Assembly (NCBI GenBank): GCA_964577305.1
Contig: CAZNYS010000011.1
Coordinates: 1,507-65,506, forward strand
Direction: 5' to 3'
Length of the DNA: 64,000 bases
DNA from: an uncultured Rikenellaceae bacterium
GTDB lineage: Bacteria > Bacteroidota > Bacteroidia > Bacteroidales > VadinHA17
Notes under the pieces: generated by a model
Databases searched by the model: none
What the model was told of the DNA's origin: nothing
What the model saw: only the letters and a program-made list of their open reading frames with translations
Position numbers and translations under genes: made by a program
Shown here: in pieces, positions 38,433 to 46,458 of the stretch
Position numbering within the stretch: position 1 is the first letter of the stretch
Layout: each line of letters starts with the position of its first letter

Positions 38433-40214
38433 ATGAAACCCCGCACATTTGTAGAAAAAATATTTGATGCTCCTGCAGGAGCAATTGTATTCAAAAAGCC
38501 TGATATTATTCTTACCCATGATAATACAGCCAGTATATACGAAACTTTTAATAAAATGGGTTCAGGTAAAATCTTTGACCCCGGGCAATTGCTTGTTGTA
38601 CTTGATCATAATGCACCACCCACCAATGCAAAACTTGCCACACAGTATGAAAAGATACGTGAAATGGTCAGAAAACATAAAATCGAAAAATTCTATGATG
38701 CAGGCAGGGGTATATGCCATCAGTTAATGTCATATCATGCCCTCCCGGGGATGATTATCGTGGGAAGTGATAGTCATACATGTACAGCGGGAGCTTTTAA
38801 TACTATGGCTGCAGGAATCGACAGGACTGAGTCAGCTGGAATATGGACACGGGGGGAAACATGGTTCAGGGTGCCTGAATCGATAAAAATTACATTGCAT
38901 GGCAAACTGAATAAAAATGTCTATGCTAAAGATCTATCATTGTGGATCATAGGGATGATAGGAACAGCAGGTGCAAATTATATGTCAATTGAATACCACG
39001 GTGAAGGGGTTAGCTCATTGAGTATTTCTGACAGAATGACCATAGCTAACCTGGCTTCGGAGATGGGAGCAAAGAATGCAGTATTCCCTGCTGATAATGT
39101 TCTCAAAGAATATCTGCAGGATAAAGAATATAAAGAAGTATGGGCTGAGGAGGGAGCTGAATATACGCGGGAAATTGAAATTGACCTGGATAAAATTTAT
39201 CCCCTGGTTGCTGCACCACATAATGTCGACAATATAAGGGGAATTTCCGAAGTTGCAGATACTCAAGTTCAGCAGGGATTGATTGGTACATGTACAAACG
39301 GAAGAATTGAAGATATTCGTATAGCAGCAGAAATTCTCAGGGGCAAAAAAGTTAAATCAGGCTTTCAGTTGCTGGTAATCCCCGCAAGCCGCGAAATATA
39401 CCTCCAGGCTATTGAAGAAGGCCTGGTAACAGTGCTTATACAGGCCGGCGCAAATATTCTCAGTCCCAGTTGTGGTCCTTGCCTCGGCACAGGCCAGGGT
39501 ATACCTGCTGATGGTTATACCGTAATATCTACTGCCAACAGGAATTTCCCTGGCCGGATGGGAAACAAGAATTCAGAGATATACCTGGCTTCACCGGCAA
39601 CTGTCGCCTGCTCAGCTATTGCAGGCACAATTACTGATCCGCGTGAAAAAGCTGGAAATGAAAAATATATTATCGACAGGAAAGAGGCCGGCAGCGTATA
39701 TATTGATGACGATGAAAACAGAAAGGTCAACGGTGTTTGGAACTACAGCGATTGCAACAACCTTAATACAGACCAGATGTTTGCCGGAAATCTTACTTAT
39801 AATATACTCAGCTCTGATCCCGAATCTATTTTGCCACATTTATTCGAAGGGTTTGATAAATCATTCCGTGCAAATGCAGAAAAAGGTGATATAATAATTG
39901 CAGGAGATAATTTTGGTTGCGGCAGCTCTCGTGAACATCCGGCTGTGGTGCTTGCACATATAGGTATTAAGGCTGTTATTGTTAAATCGGTTAACAGGAT
40001 ATTCTACCGGTCATCTATAAACCAGGGTCTGCCTGTTATCGTTCTTCCTGAAGCAGTGAAAGCATACAGGGGAGGCGACAGGGTTGATATTGATTTTGAG
40101 CGGGGTAAGGTGATAGTAGGGGACAGGGCAATAAATTTTGAGCCCCTTCCGGATAAGCTTAACGAGATAATACAGAGCAAGGGATTGGTTAACTGGATCT
40201 CAAGTAGAACCTGA
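38433..40214 (+). CDS. Aconitase-superfamily dehydratase, fused large and small subunits, paralog 2
   Basis: Fe-S ligand contexts GTCTNGR and SPSCGPCLGTGQ. Swivel-domain motif GDNFGCGSSREHP. Confidence 0.8.
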   Translation: MKPRTFVEKIFDAPAGAIVFKKPDIILTHDNTASIYETFNKMGSGKIFDPGQLLVVLDHNAPPTNAKLATQYEKIREMVRKHKIEKFYDAGRGICHQLMSYHALPGMIIVGSDSHTCTAGAFNTMAAGIDRTESAGIWTRGETWFRVPESIKITLHGKLNKNVYAKDLSLWIIGMIGTAGANYMSIEYHGEGVSSLSISDRMTIANLASEMGAKNAVFPADNVLKEYLQDKEYKEVWAEEGAEYTREIEIDLDKIYPLVAAPHNVDNIRGISEVADTQVQQGLIGTCTNGRIEDIRIAAEILRGKKVKSGFQLLVIPASREIYLQAIEEGLVTVLIQAGANILSPSCGPCLGTGQGIPADGYTVISTANRNFPGRMGNKNSEIYLASPATVACSAIAGTITDPREKAGNEKYIIDRKEAGSVYIDDDENRKVNGVWNYSDCNNLNTDQMFAGNLTYNILSSDPESILPHLFEGFDKSFRANAEKGDIIIAGDNFGCGSSREHPAVVLAHIGIKAVIVKSVNRIFYRSSINQGLPVIVLPEAVKAYRGGDRVDIDFERGKVIVGDRAINFEPLPDKLNEIIQSKGLVNWISSRT

Positions 40215-40388
40215 GGCTAAGGCACAGATTATCCCGCTGGCGCGGATCTCCAGCTTCGCCCGCCGAAGCTCTGCGTAGGTGGGTTCCGTGCCAAAGGGAT
40301 TCGTCGAGCTCACTACCCTCACTTGCTTACGCGAACTTGGGTAGCTCGGTTCCAGATTCGTTTCTGACTACGGCGGACAAGGCAAGAC
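40215..40388. repeat. GC-rich structured intergenic repeat, long copy (A)
   Basis: Starts GGCTAAGG immediately after the TGA stop and ends TACGGCGGACAAGGCAAG. Contains GGATCTCCAG and CTGCGTA, both shared with copy B. Hairpin AGCTTCG/CGAAGCT at 40252-40270. It fills the whole convergent gap before rsgA. Confidence 0.75.
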
Positions 40389-40396
40389 TATTATCT

Positions 40397-41464
40397 TTAG
40401 TGATTATTCTTCTTCATGGTTTTCTTATAGTCCTTTACGATCTTCCCAAATTCTTTTTCCTTTTTCCGTATCTCTGCAACACTCGAATTGAAATGTTTTT
40501 TTTCTCTCTCCATCTTCAGGTAATTCTCATATGAAGATTTATCTATTATTCCCTTTTCAACAGCTTCAATAACAGCACACCGGGTCTCATGAGTATGAGT
40601 GCAATCCTTGAATTTACAACGTTGTGAAATAATGGCTATCGTGTTAAAAGTGATTTCCAGGCCTCCTGTTGTGTCTGCAATTCCAACTTCCCGCATGCCG
40701 GGGTTGTCAATAAGAATTCCCCCTTCTTCCAGAATGATCAACTCCCTGTGACTGGTAATGTGTCTCCCTTTATTTGTACTCTGACTTATTTCGCCAGTTC
40801 GCATTATGATTTTGCCGGAAAGATTGTTTAATAGTGTTGATTTTCCGACACCAGAAGAACCGAGCATACAGTAAGTTTTCCCCTTTTCAAGTATTATCTT
40901 TATTTTATCGTATCCAACCTGTGTCTCATTACTTAAAGCAATTACCGGAACATTTTTTATCCTTAGTTTTATGCTATCTGAAATCCCGGAAATCCTCTCC
41001 TTACTTACTAAATCAGTTTTACTGAGTACTATTATAGGGCTTATTTTAGATGAATTACAAACAGTAAGGTATCTTTCTAACCGGTTAATATTGAAATCCC
41101 TGTCAACAGCCTGTACTATAAAAGCATAATCAATGTTTGCTGCAATCACCTGTATCTCTCCAAATTGCCCGACTGCCTGTCTTTTAATTATTGAGAATCT
41201 TGGCAGGATTTTATGTATTATCGCGATATCTTCATTATAAGTTATTAATGCCACCCAGTCACCAACAACTGGAAAATCTTCACGATTTTTTGCAGTAAAA
41301 CGTAAATTACCTGTTACCTCGGCTTCAAATTCACCATTAATTGTCCTGACAATATACCGTTCCTTATGTTCTGAGGTAACTCTCCCTATCTCAAACCTGT
41401 CGAGATTTTTCTCAATCCTGAATCTTTCAATTTTATCATTGTATCCAAAATCTTCTAACCTCAT
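40397..41464 (-). CDS. rsgA: Ribosome small-subunit-dependent GTPase A
   Basis: OB-fold N-terminus. Circularly permuted GTPase with GSSGVGKSTLLN. Zn-finger CKFKDCTHTHETRCAV. Confidence 0.9.
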   Translation of the reverse strand: MRLEDFGYNDKIERFRIEKNLDRFEIGRVTSEHKERYIVRTINGEFEAEVTGNLRFTAKNREDFPVVGDWVALITYNEDIAIIHKILPRFSIIKRQAVGQFGEIQVIAANIDYAFIVQAVDRDFNINRLERYLTVCNSSKISPIIVLSKTDLVSKERISGISDSIKLRIKNVPVIALSNETQVGYDKIKIILEKGKTYCMLGSSGVGKSTLLNNLSGKIIMRTGEISQSTNKGRHITSHRELIILEEGGILIDNPGMREVGIADTTGGLEITFNTIAIISQRCKFKDCTHTHETRCAVIEAVEKGIIDKSSYENYLKMEREKKHFNSSVAEIRKKEKEFGKIVKDYKKTMKKNNH

Positions 41465-41470
41465 TTCAGT

Positions 41471-42340
41471 TTATTGTTTATCAGTGATCATATATGCCAC
41501 TAATTTATTTGTTAACAAAGTTGGGACTATCAGTATATTTTTACTCTGTATCAATTCGAAATCAGCAATCCAGTTCTGTTCACTTTCTGTATTCAGTATT
41601 ATCTGAAAAGTGCCGGATTCCTTTATCACAAACATCTCGTATCTCCAGGATACAATATAATCCTTTTTGAACTTCTTTATCCCATCAATCCCAACGGAGA
41701 TATTTGATGCTATTACCCTGGTTTTCTTATCAGGTATTGAAACAGATATCAGGTTCGAATTACCCTGATTACCGATTATCAGATGATTATTATCAATATA
41801 GAGTCCATTTATGTTATGCAATAATGTATCAGTCAGCCATAACTCACATTTCTTATTGGTGATTCTATGAATACTGCTCTGTCCCATATCAGAGATGTAA
41901 ATATCCCCTTTTTTATCTATGGCAATATCGTTTACAAACCCTGAGTTATTAATCGGTATTCTCTCTACAACAGATTGATTATCAATATCAATTTTAGTCA
42001 GATAACCTCTCTCAATAACATATAAAGTATCATTATAAATAGAGACACCGGTAGGTCCTATTAAATGATCAACCCACCTTAACTCTATGATATTGCCATC
42101 AACATCCACTTTAGAAATACACTCATCATATATTGTATCTCCACTGTTTCTGAATCCTCCTTTGTCATTGAAGTTGCTCACATATAAACAATTCCGGATA
42201 CTGTCATATACTACAGATTCGGGTGTCATGAATACACTATCCGTTTCCCATAATTTAGTTATATTGATTTCAGTCCCGGTAAATGATAAAGATTGAATTA
42301 CCAGGGGTACCACTATTATAATGATCAGTGTTTTCTTCAT
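41471..42340 (-). CDS. Secreted six-bladed beta-propeller (SMP-30/NHL-like) protein, function unknown
   Basis: Signal peptide. Repeated blades of about 45 aa with LYVSN / IYISD / LIIGN-type strands. Confidence 0.45.
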   Translation of the reverse strand: MKKTLIIIIVVPLVIQSLSFTGTEINITKLWETDSVFMTPESVVYDSIRNCLYVSNFNDKGGFRNSGDTIYDECISKVDVDGNIIELRWVDHLIGPTGVSIYNDTLYVIERGYLTKIDIDNQSVVERIPINNSGFVNDIAIDKKGDIYISDMGQSSIHRITNKKCELWLTDTLLHNINGLYIDNNHLIIGNQGNSNLISVSIPDKKTRVIASNISVGIDGIKKFKKDYIVSWRYEMFVIKESGTFQIILNTESEQNWIADFELIQSKNILIVPTLLTNKLVAYMITDKQ

Positions 42341-42396
42341 GTTTCTTTTTTTTGGTTGGTAACTAACATTACCCGGAAACCCGGGATTACAGTCGG

Positions 42397-43650
42397 TTAT
42401 TTAACTATGAAATTATATAATTCTTCCTTAAGATCTTCCTTTTTCATTAGGTTTTCGATCTGCCTGGCTTTTTTCTTATAGCTATTATTATTAATTAATT
42501 CCAGGATTTTCGGTTCAAGATTATTTCTGGTGATTTTACCTATTTTAATTCCTTTTGGCCCGGCACCGAGATCAGAGATAATCTTATTCCATACAAATTG
42601 GTCAATAATATGAGGAATAATCATTGTTGCACAACCGTATTTAAGTGCCAGGTGAGTTGTTCCTGAACCACCGTGGTGAATGACGCCGTATATTCTTGGA
42701 AAAATCCAGTCATATGGGATCTGGGATACAAAATGTGTTAGCTCAGTATCAGATTTAACAGGTTTGATAAGTCCACCAGAAGCAGTATTTATGATTGCGG
42801 GAATTTTATTTCGTTTAAGTATGTCAAGAATTATTTTAGTCTTTTTTTCAGGCTCGGGATTTATCATGCTTCCAAAAGTGATAAACAGTATTTTATTGTG
42901 TCTTTCTATAAAATCAGCTAAAGCTTTGTCGGGTTGCCAGTTAAATGTTTTTTTTCTCTCGTGATATCCTAGTACCTTAAGATTTTCATTCCAGTTTCCC
43001 GGTCTTGAGAAAAGGGAAGGGGAAATTGTATAAATTGATTTGTTATTCCTGAGAATGGTTAGTATATCTTTCCTACTTATCTTTTCAGTGATTTTCAGCC
43101 ACCTTCTGGTTATCATTATGGTTGTGACCATTCCAAAATGAGCCAGGGAAAAACTTAATTTATTAAGAACAGTCCCAAAATTGCTGTTAAAGGCAACATG
43201 TGTATGTCCTTTTGCATAGTGCATATAAGGCACAGGGCTAATAAAAATTGTCTTACCTCTGTTTTTCAATTCCCAGATCATAGGATATACAGCCTTCCCG
43301 TTGTAAACAACTCTGTCAGGCTTTTCCCCTTCAATTAACTCATATTGTTTATTGACAAGTTCTTTATTGACTTCTGTTTGATGCATGGCAAGCCTGACAT
43401 AAGCAATAAATTTACTAAAACCAGAACCGCTCCCACCCATAGCAGCCCTGCCGTCATCACTATCAAGCAGGTCAATAAATCTTGATCCCAGGGAAGCAAA
43501 TGCAAGATTTGACTCTTCAGCAATTTCTCTGTACTGCTCCGGGAAAGCGCAGATCACCCTGTGTCCTTTCTCTTTTAATATATCACCTATTGACACAAAA
43601 GGTTCCATATCACCACGGGTTCCTATTGAGATTAAAATTATATTCATCAA
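42397..43650 (-). CDS. GT1-family (MGT/UDP-glycosyltransferase, GT28 N-terminal-like) glycosyltransferase
   Basis: N-terminus IGTRGDMEPFVSIGDILKEKGHRV. C-terminal nucleotide-sugar motif HHGGSGTTHLALKYGCATMIIPHIIDQFVW. Confidence 0.75.
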   Translation of the reverse strand: MMNIILISIGTRGDMEPFVSIGDILKEKGHRVICAFPEQYREIAEESNLAFASLGSRFIDLLDSDDGRAAMGGSGSGFSKFIAYVRLAMHQTEVNKELVNKQYELIEGEKPDRVVYNGKAVYPMIWELKNRGKTIFISPVPYMHYAKGHTHVAFNSNFGTVLNKLSFSLAHFGMVTTIMITRRWLKITEKISRKDILTILRNNKSIYTISPSLFSRPGNWNENLKVLGYHERKKTFNWQPDKALADFIERHNKILFITFGSMINPEPEKKTKIILDILKRNKIPAIINTASGGLIKPVKSDTELTHFVSQIPYDWIFPRIYGVIHHGGSGTTHLALKYGCATMIIPHIIDQFVWNKIISDLGAGPKGIKIGKITRNNLEPKILELINNNSYKKKARQIENLMKKEDLKEELYNFIVK

Positions 43651-43703
43651 TCCTTAAATTCAATTCTATCTTACCTGTCTCTTATATATGTTGTCATGTT
43701 TAA

Positions 43704-44252
43704 TTAACTATTCAATTCTTCCTCGATTAATTTAATATTATCCTTTTCTAAACTTAAAACATGTGTAAGGTTATCAATTTGTTTGCTGATTATATCATCA
43801 AAATATGTGCGGCATAACAATCCTGGCTTGTTTTTTAAATAGCCCGTAATTATTCCCCATTCAGGGCAAGCTTTCAAATTGATAGCAATGACCGGGATAG
43901 CATGGTTAATCTGTGTAATTATTTTCTGATATAAATCTTTAATGTCATCAAAGCTATTATCATCAATAGTATGTAGTTCGCATTTATATCCGAGCGAATT
44001 AAACAATACTCTGGAAACATCAAACCCTGTTGTAGAATCACCGGAGCTTGGACAAAAATCCGGATGAAAATGCAATCGGAAAGCTGCTCCTGAAATACCC
44101 ATTAAAAAATCATATGTGTAATTCTCTCCAAGTGAATTTAAAGTCAGTTGAGCAGATCTAATAAAACTATTATCAGTGTTTTTTCCCCATTCAAGTGGAG
44201 GGATATTATCTATGTAGATTTTATCATTTGATTCTGTAGCTTTTAGTTTCAT
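43704..44252 (-). CDS. Hypothetical protein (possibly a papain-like / BtrH_N-like fold)
   Basis: 182-aa ORF whose start overlaps the S41 peptidase stop codon by 4 nt (ATGA). No confident motif. A Cys sits in FHPDFCPSSGDS. Confidence 0.4.
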   Translation of the reverse strand: MKLKATESNDKIYIDNIPPLEWGKNTDNSFIRSAQLTLNSLGENYTYDFLMGISGAAFRLHFHPDFCPSSGDSTTGFDVSRVLFNSLGYKCELHTIDDNSFDDIKDLYQKIITQINHAIPVIAINLKACPEWGIITGYLKNKPGLLCRTYFDDIISKQIDNLTHVLSLEKDNIKLIEEELNS

Positions 44253-45262
44253 TGTTTTAAAAATTCAATTGCGTATTCTAATTGTTTATCTATACCATTT
44301 TCAATATCTTCTTTTGTTTGCTGGATAAGAATATCAGGTGGAACGCCAATCCATTCATAGGGTAATCCATCATAACGACGCCAATCTGTTGTACCGACAA
44401 AAATTCGTTTACCACTTGGCAGTTCAAACTCGGCAGGGGCTTGACCAGTGGATCCCGATGATCCACCGGCAGTTGTATCCCCAACCAGGGTAACAGTTGA
44501 TATCTGCTTCATTATTTCAGGAAAGATATCACCTGTACTGTAACATACCCCATTAATTAAAACAACAACGGGATTAGTATATTGGAATTGGCCTTGAGGT
44601 TCAAAAGGTGGTAATGGAATTAGCTCGCCCAGCACATAATATTCAGGTTTATTTAGAGGGGAAGTAATAAATCTGCTAACACCCGCCACCAGATTCTGGT
44701 ATGATCCGCCATTGTTATGTCTTATATCTAAAATAATTGATTTCGTATTTTTAACATATTCAAGTGCTTCTGAGAAATAGTTTAATATGTAATCTTCATC
44801 AAAGGAAGCCAGGTAAACATAGCCAATATTCCCTGGAATTATTCCATACTCTATCCTGCCTTTACCGGTGACTTTCAGTTCCTTATCAAAATATTTTCTA
44901 ACAACAATTGGATCGTATGCATATTTGTCTTTCTTCCATCTTGGCGCCAGATAAGTACTTAAATATCCCCCTCCATCAGTTTTTACATGAACATGCATGT
45001 CTTTTAGTTCTCCCAGCATCTCAATGAGCACTGTATAAATTTCATCTCCCCTGGCTTGTTCTGCAAGAGGTTTGTAAACGAAGTATAAACTATCCCAGTT
45101 AATATTTTTAAATTCAAGATAGGGATAAACTGCATTTACTCTTTGCCAGGTCGCCTCGAAATCTTCAACGTTAAGATCTGATTCTGCCGGTTTAACAATT
45201 ATATCTTCGCAGCTGAATAAAATGAATGCAGAAATTATTGCAATGGTTAATCTTATTTTCAC
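44249..45262 (-). CDS. S41-family peptidase lipoprotein
   Basis: Lipobox ILFSC. S41 active-site region SIILDIRHNNGGS, with a downstream GDTTAGGSSGS segment. Confidence 0.75.
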   Translation of the reverse strand: MKIRLTIAIISAFILFSCEDIIVKPAESDLNVEDFEATWQRVNAVYPYLEFKNINWDSLYFVYKPLAEQARGDEIYTVLIEMLGELKDMHVHVKTDGGGYLSTYLAPRWKKDKYAYDPIVVRKYFDKELKVTGKGRIEYGIIPGNIGYVYLASFDEDYILNYFSEALEYVKNTKSIILDIRHNNGGSYQNLVAGVSRFITSPLNKPEYYVLGELIPLPPFEPQGQFQYTNPVVVLINGVCYSTGDIFPEIMKQISTVTLVGDTTAGGSSGSTGQAPAEFELPSGKRIFVGTTDWRRYDGLPYEWIGVPPDILIQQTKEDIENGIDKQLEYAIEFLKQ

Positions 45263-45267
45263 CGTTA

Positions 45268-46047
45268 TTAAAATTTATATTTTAAAGAAATGATTACATT
45301 ATCACTTGCAGCAATATACGGGTTCCATTTATTAATCCTGGAAAAATCAAATTTATAACCAAGACAGATTGAAATTCTATTGATAAAATAATAGTATATG
45401 GAAAAGTCAAAATCAAGTTTTGTTGCAGTAAAAACTGTAAGTAACCCCGGACTTGATTCATTATGTACCTCTTCGTCAATTAATTTATTTGAAACTGAGA
45501 TCAAATTTGATCTTAAAAAACCATCTATGCCTAATTTCCTATTAATCTGATAAATAAACTCCGTATTAATTCCTAAAGAACCCATATTCCCAAATGATTT
45601 AGGAACTATAAAAGTCCCGGGCTGAACAAAATTGTAATTGATATCATAATAGAAATATTGTAAAGAAGGTCCCAAAAAAACATAAATACTTTTGGAAAAA
45701 AGCGAAAAACTTCCAACTGGATAGAAAAAATCTTGATTAAGAGCGAACTGCTTTGCTTCAGCAGATATATTGTTGTTTTTAATACTGTTTGAGTTCCGGT
45801 ACTCAAACTCTAAACGGTAACCATTATTATTATGAAATCGTACCCATTCAACATTTAAATATGGTAGATTCCCTGAATATTTCTCTTCTGAAACATATTC
45901 ATCCTTCACGGAATATAGACCATGTCCGTATCCAACTGAAATACCTGAAGGAAATACAGTTCTATAGTCTATGGTATCTTGTCCGGGTAATCTTATAGTT
46001 ACCAAAAGTGCTATAGTCAAAATAACAATCATTATTTTGGTTTTCAT
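45268..46047 (-). CDS. Putative outer-membrane beta-barrel protein
   Basis: Signal peptide. Alternating hydrophobic/aromatic beta-strand pattern. C-terminal ...ISLKYKF. It is the first gene of the minus-strand operon. Confidence 0.5.
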   Translation of the reverse strand: MKTKIMIVILTIALLVTIRLPGQDTIDYRTVFPSGISVGYGHGLYSVKDEYVSEEKYSGNLPYLNVEWVRFHNNNGYRLEFEYRNSNSIKNNNISAEAKQFALNQDFFYPVGSFSLFSKSIYVFLGPSLQYFYYDINYNFVQPGTFIVPKSFGNMGSLGINTEFIYQINRKLGIDGFLRSNLISVSNKLIDEEVHNESSPGLLTVFTATKLDFDFSIYYYFINRISICLGYKFDFSRINKWNPYIAASDNVIISLKYKF

Positions 46048-46458
46048 AGGTTTATATTTTATGGAAAACTTTCATTTAAAGGTTGCACATAAATGTCTGT
46101 ATATAAACACCTGTGGTTTTATTTCTCTTATCTTATTGTTTTATTGCTTATATACACCTGAAATAAGGTTATATGAACATCATTCCTGTTATATGAACTA
46201 ACTATGCAATTTAAAGAAATAATAGATTACAGGCATTAAAAAATTCTTTTTCATTGCTCATTTTTTTGTCATAAATTAGCATTATATAAAGTGTATGATT
46301 AACATTTATTAATATACACCTCAGATATCTGATCTTAAGATCCGATCCGGGCAAGACCAATAGGATTTATAAAAATGGAAGTGAATTCAATGGGGAAATA
46401 AAAAACATAATCATAGAAGTACTCGACGAAGATTAAAACTAACTAACTACTTATAAAC

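Noticed and set aside
46062-46202. 46-aa Cys-containing hydrophobic ORF (MENFHLKVAHKCLYINTCGF...) in the 410-nt intergenic region
   Set aside because: It lies in AT-rich DNA containing the direct repeats. It has no leader, signal logic or neighbouring maturation genes, so there is insufficient support.
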